A stretch of DNA of 64,000 nucleotides from a virus. Of this stretch, positions 26,733 through 35,415 are shown in pieces. The first letter of the stretch is position 1. Each line of letters begins with the position of its first letter. The notes under the pieces were generated by a model that saw nothing but the letters and a program-made list of their open reading frames with translations, ran no database searches and had not been told where the DNA came from. The translations under genes were made by a program, and so were the position numbers. The stretch spans positions 32,001-96,000 of the IMG/VR virus record IMGVR_UViG_3300011980_000002; one strand, 5' to 3'.

Positions 26733-26770
26733 AACGGATACTACTTCAATAGTAGTATCCGTTATTTTTT
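26733..26770 (+). terminator. Rho-independent terminator
   Basis: aacggatactact / agtagtatccgtt followed by a T-tract. Near-duplicate of the terminator at 25675-25717. Confidence 0.75.
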
Positions 26771-26788
26771 TATAATATTAAAGTTATC

Positions 26789-26812
26789 TATATAATATTA
26801 ATTTGTAATAAA
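26789..26812 (+). promoter_or_regulatory. Early-type promoter-like motif
   Basis: tatataatattaatttgtaataaa. Confidence 0.5.
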
Positions 26813-26840
26813 ATAATATTATATTAAAGGAGAAAAAAAT

Positions 26841-27812
26841 ATGGAAAAGAATAATAGTATTAATAATAAATACGAAATAACCGATATTGTCGGTTATAGG
26901 TTTAAGAAGAAAGTATATCGTATAAGAGCATTAAAAGATTTTGGAGATGTTAAGAAAGGAGATTTAGGTGGTTTTGTATCTTCCTATGAAAATCTTTCCC
27001 AAGAAAATGACTGTTGGATATATGATAACGCAGCAGTTATGGATAATGCTATATTAGAAGACAATTCTACTATTCATAATAGGGTCATCGTGTGTCATGA
27101 TAGTATTGTCCGTTGTAACTCTAAAATTTCCAAAAGTTGTAGAATATATGACTCTACTAAGATAACAAATTCTACAATATCTGGTAAATCCGTATTAAGG
27201 AATATTAATATAGTTGGAAGTACAATAAATGGAGTTATTCTCTCATACAAAGGTAATGTGTGGATCGAGTACTCTACTATCAGGGGTTCACTATTATTAA
27301 GTGAATCATTAATTTTTAATAGTAAGATTATTTCAGATAGAGCTTCTATATATCAAGACTCGGTAATTATGAGATCGAATATAAGATTATTAAATGGGTC
27401 AGATATATATAGTTCATGGGTATATGAGTATTCTAATATATATGCTAATCTCAAATTACATAATAGCAAGATATATAGATCCGATATTATTGGTGATATT
27501 AATAACATGATTAAAATTGTAAATAAACGAGTAGAGATGGGATATATTACATGTACAGAAGATATCATATCACTTTCAGTTGACATAAATACGATAGGTT
27601 TTGATACATTCAATTATTACCCATCTATTAATTGCCGGAATACTAGAAATATTAAGCTCATAATATCAACACAACTTACATATTATAATAACATAGATGA
27701 TGTAATTAAATCCATTAGTGAACATATGGGAACATCTGCTCCTGCTTATTTTGTAAAAACGCTTAGAAACTTTGACAAGCTCGCTAAAGAATATTTTAAT
27801 ATCACTGAATAA
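26841..27812 (+). CDS. Fam-B paralog 1: YdcK-like left-handed beta-helix repeat protein
   Basis: YRIRALKDFGDVKKGDLGGFVSSYENLSQENDCWIYDNAAVMDNA parallels the E. coli YdcK N-terminus (..[37 protein letters not shown]..), followed by hexapeptide-like repeats. Confidence 0.65.
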   Translation: MEKNNSINNKYEITDIVGYRFKKKVYRIRALKDFGDVKKGDLGGFVSSYENLSQENDCWIYDNAAVMDNAILEDNSTIHNRVIVCHDSIVRCNSKISKSCRIYDSTKITNSTISGKSVLRNINIVGSTINGVILSYKGNVWIEYSTIRGSLLLSESLIFNSKIISDRASIYQDSVIMRSNIRLLNGSDIYSSWVYEYSNIYANLKLHNSKIYRSDIIGDINNMIKIVNKRVEMGYITCTEDIISLSVDINTIGFDTFNYYPSINCRNTRNIKLIISTQLTYYNNIDDVIKSISEHMGTSAPAYFVKTLRNFDKLAKEYFNITE

Positions 27813-27832
27813 ATTAAAGGAGAAAAAGAAAT

Positions 27833-28909
27833 ATGGAAAAGAATAATGAAATACTAAATGAGAATAGGTTAACCGAGAAAACAATTAGCCCTGAAGATTA
27901 TCATAAGCTACTATTAATGCTTGATGATGATAGAAAGAAATTCGTGAACGATCCGATAGATAAAGTCGTTAATATTAATAACAAATATGAGATAACTGAT
28001 ATTGTAGGTTATAGATTTAAGAAGAAAGTCTATCGTATAAGAGCATTAAAAGATTTTGGAGATGTGAAGAAAGGTGATTTGGGTGGATTTGTATATTCTT
28101 ATGAAAACCTTTCTCAAGATGACAACTGTTGGATATACGATAATGCAGTTGTTATGGAAAATGCAACTGTTATCACAGATGCTAAAATTAAAGGTAATGT
28201 TACTGTATATGGAGAAGCTGTAGTAAGAGGAAATTCTATAGTAGAAGATAGTTGTTGGATATATGGGGAATCTTTTATTGTGGATTCTCATATATCTGGA
28301 AAATGCCGTCTATGTGATACAAAAGTTGATAGAAGTAGACTTAAAGGATATATATTAGACATACTCAAAGGTTCCCTTATACAAGATTCATATATTAGAG
28401 GTTGTTTATATCTAAAGTCTTCAGATATTACTAGAAGCAATGTAATATCCGATACTGCGTATATATCCGGTAGGACTTATGTATCAGGTTCTAAGCTTAG
28501 ACTGATGAGAGATAGTGATATTTATAAATCCTACATATCCATGTCATCAACTATACGAGGTTATGTTAAATTAGATTGTGCTAAGTTAGTTAGAAGTGAA
28601 TTCGTTAACATAAAAGAAGAAATTTATGTTAAGAATAAAACTATTGCTGATGGATATATCACAAACACTAATGACGCTATATCATTCTCGGTAGATTTAC
28701 ATGATAAGAAAGAAGAGTATGAGCTATTCTTCTATAAGAATAAAGGTGGTAATATTGTTATATATTACAGATTCTGGATATTTGACTCTATTGATAAACT
28801 GATATCACATATAAAAAATAATAATAAGTCTAATGATAATATTAAAGCCATTGAAGTATTCAGGTATTTTGATAAGGTTGCTAGGGAATATTTTGCTACC
28901 AATAAATAA
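27833..28909 (+). CDS. Fam-B paralog 2: YdcK-like beta-helix protein with a ~45-aa N-terminal extension
   Basis: Same conserved block, plus repeats such as NATVITDAKIKGNVTVYGEAVVRGNSIVEDSCWI. Confidence 0.65.
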   Translation: MEKNNEILNENRLTEKTISPEDYHKLLLMLDDDRKKFVNDPIDKVVNINNKYEITDIVGYRFKKKVYRIRALKDFGDVKKGDLGGFVYSYENLSQDDNCWIYDNAVVMENATVITDAKIKGNVTVYGEAVVRGNSIVEDSCWIYGESFIVDSHISGKCRLCDTKVDRSRLKGYILDILKGSLIQDSYIRGCLYLKSSDITRSNVISDTAYISGRTYVSGSKLRLMRDSDIYKSYISMSSTIRGYVKLDCAKLVRSEFVNIKEEIYVKNKTIADGYITNTNDAISFSVDLHDKKEEYELFFYKNKGGNIVIYYRFWIFDSIDKLISHIKNNNKSNDNIKAIEVFRYFDKVAREYFATNK

Positions 28910-28929
28910 TTCAAAGGAGAAAAAGAAAT

Positions 28930-30135
28930 ATGGAAAATAATAGGTCTACTGAAATTAAAGACTTAAAATTCGAGTTAGAGAATTTAATGGTTAATAATGA
29001 TAATATTAAAGAGTTGGGAGACTATATTCACAAATTATCCGGTATATTATTATCTAAAACGATACTAATGAATGAATTATACAACTATTCCGGTGATAAT
29101 AGAAATTATCAAAAATTATTAAGTGAAACTAAGAAAATATCAAAACTTATAATAAGAGCTCAAGATAGAATAGCTCTATTAGATACTCATTATTCCAATA
29201 ATAAATATGAGATAACTGATATTGTCGGTTATAGGTTTAAAAAGAAAGTATACCGTATAAGAGCATTGAAAGATTTCTCAGATGTTAAGAAAGGTGATTT
29301 AGGTGGATTTGTATCTTCCTATGAAAACCTTTCACAATATGGTGATTGTTGGATATATGACAATGCTGCTATTATAGATAATGCTCTATTAGAAAATGAT
29401 TCTACTGTGCATAATATGACTATCGTGTATGATAATAGTATTATTAGAGGGGAATCTAAAGTATATAATAGTACTAGAATATGTGGAAGTTCATATATAA
29501 ATAATTCTAACATATTCGGCAAATCATTTCTAAGAAATGTGTTTATACAAGGTAGTGGAATAAAAGGAAATCTGATAACTGATAAAAATAAATCAAGTAT
29601 TATTTGCTCATATATCAGAGGTTCATTATCTTTAAGAGGTTCTCTTATTTCCGGTTCCAGTATTATTTCTGACATGGCGAATATATATCAGGGTTCATCA
29701 ATAATTAAATCAAATCTGAGATTGTGTAAAAATTCTCATATCAATAACATCTATATGGAGAATTGTGCAACTGTGTGTGGTAAAATGATGTTAAAAAATA
29801 CTACTATAACAGATTCTAAAATAAATGGTAATAATGATAATGAAATTAAAATCATAAATAAGAGAATACTTCATGGATGTATCAAAGATACAAATGATGT
29901 TATCTCACTATCATTAGATGTTGCTGGTGCTATTACAGATTCTACTGATAAATTATGTTATTATAGGAACGAAAATGATAAATTGTATATATCATTTTAT
30001 TTCTCATACTTTAATTCTATTGAAGCTGTAATTGAATTTATAAAAGATCAACAGAGAGTATCATTTACTGAAGATTATATAGAGTTATTGAGACAGTTTG
30101 ATAAGGTTGCACAAAATCATTTCAATAGTAACTAA
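28930..30135 (+). CDS. Fam-B paralog 3: YdcK-like beta-helix protein with a ~95-aa N-terminal extension
   Basis: Same conserved block and shared C-terminus ..LLRQFDKVAQNHF. Confidence 0.65.
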   Translation: MENNRSTEIKDLKFELENLMVNNDNIKELGDYIHKLSGILLSKTILMNELYNYSGDNRNYQKLLSETKKISKLIIRAQDRIALLDTHYSNNKYEITDIVGYRFKKKVYRIRALKDFSDVKKGDLGGFVSSYENLSQYGDCWIYDNAAIIDNALLENDSTVHNMTIVYDNSIIRGESKVYNSTRICGSSYINNSNIFGKSFLRNVFIQGSGIKGNLITDKNKSSIICSYIRGSLSLRGSLISGSSIISDMANIYQGSSIIKSNLRLCKNSHINNIYMENCATVCGKMMLKNTTITDSKINGNNDNEIKIINKRILHGCIKDTNDVISLSLDVAGAITDSTDKLCYYRNENDKLYISFYFSYFNSIEAVIEFIKDQQRVSFTEDYIELLRQFDKVAQNHFNSN

Positions 30136-30145
30136 TTTATATGAT

Positions 30146-30186
30146 AAAGAAGATAAACTAATATAGTTTATCTTCTTTATTTTTTA
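30146..30186 (+). terminator. Rho-independent terminator
   Basis: aaagaagataaact / agtttatcttcttt followed by a T-tract. Confidence 0.75.
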
Positions 30187-30359
30187 TCCGAGTAATAGCT
30201 CGGAGTACTTATATATTTTAGTTTAAACAACTTATTAATCGCTTAACACTAAGTATTTCATTATTATTTTTTATAATAATATTTCCAATTTATATATTAT
30301 TAAATTAGATACTTAAAGTGATTATTAAATAAATTAAAGGAGAATAAGAAATAGGAATT

Positions 30360-32873
30360 ATGGTTAAAGATGTAGAAGTCCAATGGACGGATGATGATAT
30401 TGAGAAAATCCAAAGAAAACCAAATTTATATATTCGTAAATATGGTAATGAAGGATGTAATCATCTTTCTCATGAGATTATACAAAATGCCATTGATGAA
30501 GTTATAGATGAAACTTCCAATGGTGATATGTTGGCAATAAGAATAGATTATCCTTTAGGTAAATTAACCGTAAGTGATAATGGTAGAGGATTTCCGGAAA
30601 CTAAATATCCTTTAGATATATTCTGTACTAAAATACAATCCGGTAGTAAAGCTAATAGAGACCAATCTGGTGGAACTGCCGGAGAATTTGGTATAGGTGC
30701 TACAGTATGTAATGCTTTATCTTCTTATTTTAGAATTACCTCTAATAGAAGTAAAGAGAAGTATATACATACGATAGAATTTGAAAATGGTAAAATGATA
30801 TCAGATAAGAAAAAAGATAATCCTAAGAAACTTCACGGTAGTACTGTAGAGTTTATTCCTAATCCTAAATACCTAGGAAAGAATTCTCATATAGTATATG
30901 AAGATATTCATAAATGGATTAAAGATATGAGCTATCTATTATCTTCGGAGAAGAAATCTATAGAAATAGTATTTGAGGTTTATGATAATGACAAATCTAT
31001 TATTAAAGAGAAAATCAAACCTCAACCATTCTCATCATTATTATCTACTATAGTAAAGAAACAAGCAGTATCTCCAATATCTTTTAATAAAAGAACTAAG
31101 TTTATGGAGACTACTCATTTAAATGAAAAACCTACAGAGAAAGAATTATATTTAGATGTATCATTTACATATGATGATATTACCGATGTTAATGAACCTA
31201 ATATAGTGGAGTCATTTTGTAACTATACAAGAACTACAGATGGTGGTGTTCATGTACAAGCTGTAGATGAAGCTATATGCAGATACTTACAAACAGAAAC
31301 TAAGAAAAGACTATCTGAGAAAGAAAAAGAGAAGATAGATATATTATGGCAAGATGTAAGAACTGATTTAAGACTATTAATAAATCTTACATCCAATGGT
31401 CAGGTACAGTTTGTTGGTAATGCTAAAACTAAAATAGGAAATGAGAATTTTATTCCTATAATAAAAGAATTAGTTAATGAGTCATTAACTAATATCTTTA
31501 ATGATAATGAAGCTTTACTTAATTCATATTGTAAGATAGTTAAGACTAATGCTAAAGCAAGAATAGAGTTAAATAAGGCTAAGAAATCCGTATCTATTAA
31601 AACTAAGTCTAATCCATTCATGGATAAATTATCTAAGAGGTATTATTCATGTAATAATAGAGGTAAGGCTTATAAAGAAATCTACTTAGTAGAGGGACAA
31701 AAATCAGCAGCAGGTTCTATAGCTTCTGGAAGAAATCCAGATGTACAAGCTGTATACGGATTTAGAGGAATGACTGCTAACCCTTATAAGAGAGACAATA
31801 TCTCTATCATGGAAAATGAAGAGTTAAAAGAATACTGTGAAAGAATTCATTATGACATTAAATCTGGTAATGTGGAAGATGTTTATTTTAATAAGATAAT
31901 AATGAGTTTTGATGCAGATAGTGATGGATATGGAATTAGCTCAGGTGTAGCAGCATTCCATGCTAAATTTGCTAGACCTATAGTAGAAGCTGGTTTATTG
32001 TATAAAGTATATCCACCATTATATTTAATAGATGATAAGACTCATCCTTATATAAGGAATAAAGAAGAATATATAGAAGTATATAGAGATAATATCATTA
32101 GGAATTATACCATAACTTCTATAGGTAATAATAACTCTAAATTATCTAAATCTGATTTTAAAGAGTTTATAGATATTACTAAATATTATACTGAGACATT
32201 AACAAGAGTAGCATCTCATTACTCTGTTAATAGATATTTAATAGAATTAGTTGGATATCATATAACGATGTATATATTAGCTAAATATCTTAAGAATAAT
32301 AAGAATTTAGATATTAATGAGGTATTAGAGTATTATGAGGATTTATCCCAAGAAGTTTATAAATCTCATATTAATACTGCTTTAAATGACCAGAAGTTTG
32401 TAAGTTCCTTCATGAAAGATATACAAGATGAATTCCCTGAGATAACTCTAAATGAGAAATACTTGACTGGGGTTATTGATGGTAAATATCAGGTAATAAA
32501 GATTAGTTATAACCTAATGAAGAAACTATCAGACTTAACAGAAACTTTTATCACATATGGACTTCATATTACTTATAGTGAAAAGAAATCTGATGAGATT
32601 AAATCTACCATAGGATATATGCTAGACTCTGCTAGTAAATATATCCCAAAGATAATAACCAGATACAAGGGACTTGGAGAAGCTAACTATGACCAAATAG
32701 CAGAAACTATAATGGACCCATCTAAAAGAATTCTGGTTCAATTAACATTTGACGATATTGAAAGAGATTTAAAGATATTTGATACTCTTCATGGTATATC
32801 TACAGATGATAAGAAATCAAGAAAGCAGATGATGAAGTCTTATAAGATTAGAAGAGAGGACATTGATAATTAG
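30360..32873 (+). CDS. Type II DNA topoisomerase, ATPase/TOPRIM subunit (GyrB/ParE, T4 gp39-like)
   Basis: HEIIQNAIDE, DNGRGFP, GGTAGEFGIGATVCNALS, TOPRIM EIYLVEGQKSAAGS and FDADSDGYGI. Confidence 0.85.
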   Translation: MVKDVEVQWTDDDIEKIQRKPNLYIRKYGNEGCNHLSHEIIQNAIDEVIDETSNGDMLAIRIDYPLGKLTVSDNGRGFPETKYPLDIFCTKIQSGSKANRDQSGGTAGEFGIGATVCNALSSYFRITSNRSKEKYIHTIEFENGKMISDKKKDNPKKLHGSTVEFIPNPKYLGKNSHIVYEDIHKWIKDMSYLLSSEKKSIEIVFEVYDNDKSIIKEKIKPQPFSSLLSTIVKKQAVSPISFNKRTKFMETTHLNEKPTEKELYLDVSFTYDDITDVNEPNIVESFCNYTRTTDGGVHVQAVDEAICRYLQTETKKRLSEKEKEKIDILWQDVRTDLRLLINLTSNGQVQFVGNAKTKIGNENFIPIIKELVNESLTNIFNDNEALLNSYCKIVKTNAKARIELNKAKKSVSIKTKSNPFMDKLSKRYYSCNNRGKAYKEIYLVEGQKSAAGSIASGRNPDVQAVYGFRGMTANPYKRDNISIMENEELKEYCERIHYDIKSGNVEDVYFNKIIMSFDADSDGYGISSGVAAFHAKFARPIVEAGLLYKVYPPLYLIDDKTHPYIRNKEEYIEVYRDNIIRNYTITSIGNNNSKLSKSDFKEFIDITKYYTETLTRVASHYSVNRYLIELVGYHITMYILAKYLKNNKNLDINEVLEYYEDLSQEVYKSHINTALNDQKFVSSFMKDIQDEFPEITLNEKYLTGVIDGKYQVIKISYNLMKKLSDLTETFITYGLHITYSEKKSDEIKSTIGYMLDSASKYIPKIITRYKGLGEANYDQIAETIMDPSKRILVQLTFDDIERDLKIFDTLHGISTDDKKSRKQMMKSYKIRREDIDN

Positions 32874-32874
32874 T

Positions 32875-35295
32875 ATGGGAAAGAAAAAGAAATTTACCAC
32901 AGAAGATTTTAAAACTTATATAGATAATTATACTAAAGAAAATATCGCAGATGCCTCAAGAAGATTCTCTATAATATCTGGAGTTAATAGAAATGTGGCT
33001 AGGCATATTCCAGTAGTATTCGATGGATTAAAACCTGTTACAAGAAGAATACTCTTAGTAATGTATGAGAGTAAAACTAATAAGTTCCAAAAGGTAAATA
33101 AAGTAGCCGGAGATGCTATGGGTAAGTATCATCCACATGGCGATGCTTCTATATCGGATGTCATTAGTAAGATGGGACAAGATTGGAATAATAATATTAC
33201 CTATATAGAAACTCAAGGTAACTTTGGTAATAGACAAGGTGATGATGCAGCATCTGGTCGTTATACAGAGTGTAAATTATCTAAGTTTGCTTATAAGTGT
33301 TTCTTTGAAGATTATAAGTATGCTTCATTAGATACTAAGATGAGTTATACTGGTAATGACGAGGAACCAGATTATTTACCATCTAAATATCCTATAGGAT
33401 TGGTTAATCCACAATTTTCCAGTATAGGATATGGTACAGCAGCTAATATACCACCATTTAATTTTACTGAAGTTTTAGAGGCTACTATTAAACTTATTAA
33501 AGACCCTGATAGTAGGATTAATCTAATACCCGATTTCCCATCAGGTTGTGATGTTATAGCTAATAGTGATTTAGCTGAAGTAGAAAAAACTGGTATTGGT
33601 AAAGTATTAGTCAAATCTTCTACTGAAATTGATTATAATAAGAATATTATTCATATAACATCATTACCATTACAAATCGGTACTAAAGCTGTAGCTTATA
33701 ATATATCTAATTTAGTATTAGCTAAGAAGATAGAAGGAATAGCTGATATTAAAGATTATACAGACCCAGAAGTTGGAGTACTATTAGATATACATTTAAA
33801 ACCATCTATAAATCCAGATAAGATATTAGAAGAATTAATGAAGAAAGATGTTGGTTTAAAGAAGACATTTTCTATACAGATTAAGTTTATAGATGATTAT
33901 CAAGAGTATGATTATTCTCCAAAAGAATTTCTATTGACATGGTTAGATTTTAGAAGAGAAATACTTCAATCTATGTATAATAATAAATATGTTAAGTTAT
34001 TGGAAGAGCAGCATATGAATAATGTCAAGTTATTTGTATTCAATAAAGATAACCTTAATCAAACTGTCGATATATGTAGAAAAGCTTCTTCTACTAATGA
34101 TGCAATAGAGAAGTTAATGAAGAAGTATAAAGATAGTGAAGTTGGAATGACTTCTATGCAAGCTAAGACTATACAAGGAATGAGATTCTCAGATTTCAAT
34201 AAAGAATCTTATAATGGCTTCTTAAAACTAAAAGAAGAATTAAAAGCCTCTATTAAAGAAACTGAATTAATATTATCTAATACATCTAAGATAGATGAGA
34301 TAATAGAAAAGGAATTATTAGAGGGTATTTCTTTATTTGGTACCAAGAGAAGGTCTAAGATAATTTATAATAAACCTGATAAGAAAGAGATTATAGATAA
34401 GTCTAAGGTATTAGTAGCAGTATCTAAAGATGGTTATATTAAGAAGATTAATGTTAAAGAATATAAGACAATTGGTTCTTTAGGAAACCAATCTTCAAGA
34501 CAGGTTATATTAGCAGAGACCAGAAACGATAAGAATATATTAATATTTGATAGTACTGGTAAATGTACTAAGATACCTGTATTATCTATTCATGAATCTA
34601 CTCCGGAAGAAAATGGAGTAATGATAGAAAGATTCTTTAAAGTATCCGGTAATGTCGTAGCAGTAATGGAAGAAATTACAGATAAGGAATTATCTAAAGA
34701 TTTATTAATAACTTTCTTTACTAAGAAAGGATTTTCTAAAAGAACTTCTTGTAAAGAATTTTACAATATGAAAGATAATAAAACTGCTATTAGTATAACA
34801 GAAGGTGATGAATTAGTAGCAGTAATAAATACTTTAAAAGATTCTTCTAAAGATATCATTATCTATACAGATAAAGGTGATGGTATAAGATTAGATATTA
34901 ATGATATTAAAATCCAAGGAGCATCTACTCGAGGATTAAATATGATTAATTTAACAGATGATGAATATGTAGTAGGGGTAGATAAAATAGAGGCTAATAA
35001 GAAGTTATTAGTATTTATCACATCTATGGGAAGAGTTAAAGTTAGTGAACTTAAATATCTTCCACCTATGAATAGGAAAGATGGTTCCGTATCATTAATT
35101 AATCTTAATAATAATGAATACTTGGTAGGACTTGCATCTGTAAATAATAAAAATACATTAACTGTATTTAGGAAATTTGGAGAGCCTGTAGATATTAAGA
35201 TAGAGGATATTAAACCGTCTATGAGAATAGCTAAAGGTGAGAAATTAGTTAAAACTCCTAGTGGTGATATTGTAGTAGGATTTAGGATTATTTAA
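32875..35295 (+). CDS. Type II DNA topoisomerase, cleavage-religation subunit (GyrA/ParC, T4 gp52-like)
   Basis: RHIPVVFDGLKPVTRRIL, GKYHPHGDASISDVISKM, GNFGN..GDDAASGRYTECKL (active-site Tyr). ATG at 32875; the track start at 32863 is a TTG. Confidence 0.85.
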   Translation: MGKKKKFTTEDFKTYIDNYTKENIADASRRFSIISGVNRNVARHIPVVFDGLKPVTRRILLVMYESKTNKFQKVNKVAGDAMGKYHPHGDASISDVISKMGQDWNNNITYIETQGNFGNRQGDDAASGRYTECKLSKFAYKCFFEDYKYASLDTKMSYTGNDEEPDYLPSKYPIGLVNPQFSSIGYGTAANIPPFNFTEVLEATIKLIKDPDSRINLIPDFPSGCDVIANSDLAEVEKTGIGKVLVKSSTEIDYNKNIIHITSLPLQIGTKAVAYNISNLVLAKKIEGIADIKDYTDPEVGVLLDIHLKPSINPDKILEELMKKDVGLKKTFSIQIKFIDDYQEYDYSPKEFLLTWLDFRREILQSMYNNKYVKLLEEQHMNNVKLFVFNKDNLNQTVDICRKASSTNDAIEKLMKKYKDSEVGMTSMQAKTIQGMRFSDFNKESYNGFLKLKEELKASIKETELILSNTSKIDEIIEKELLEGISLFGTKRRSKIIYNKPDKKEIIDKSKVLVAVSKDGYIKKINVKEYKTIGSLGNQSSRQVILAETRNDKNILIFDSTGKCTKIPVLSIHESTPEENGVMIERFFKVSGNVVAVMEEITDKELSKDLLITFFTKKGFSKRTSCKEFYNMKDNKTAISITEGDELVAVINTLKDSSKDIIIYTDKGDGIRLDINDIKIQGASTRGLNMINLTDDEYVVGVDKIEANKKLLVFITSMGRVKVSELKYLPPMNRKDGSVSLINLNNNEYLVGLASVNNKNTLTVFRKFGEPVDIKIEDIKPSMRIAKGEKLVKTPSGDIVVGFRII

Positions 35296-35303
35296 ATATT
35301 AAG

Positions 35304-35347
35304 AATAATACAACCAGACTTAAATATCTGGTTGTATTATTTTTTTA
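35304..35347 (+). terminator. Rho-independent terminator
   Basis: aataatacaaccaga / tctggttgtattatt followed by a T-tract. Confidence 0.75.
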
Positions 35348-35415
35348 TCCCAGATATTTACCTACCAAAAAACAATCGTTTAATATTAAATATATAGAAA
35401 GGAAACGGAAACTTT

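Noticed and set aside
32863-32874. TTG start for the GyrA-like gene overlapping the GyrB-like stop.
   Set aside because: The ATG at 32875 gives the MGKKKK N-terminus with a purine-rich SD-like stretch upstream. TTG is just the first permissible codon after a stop.
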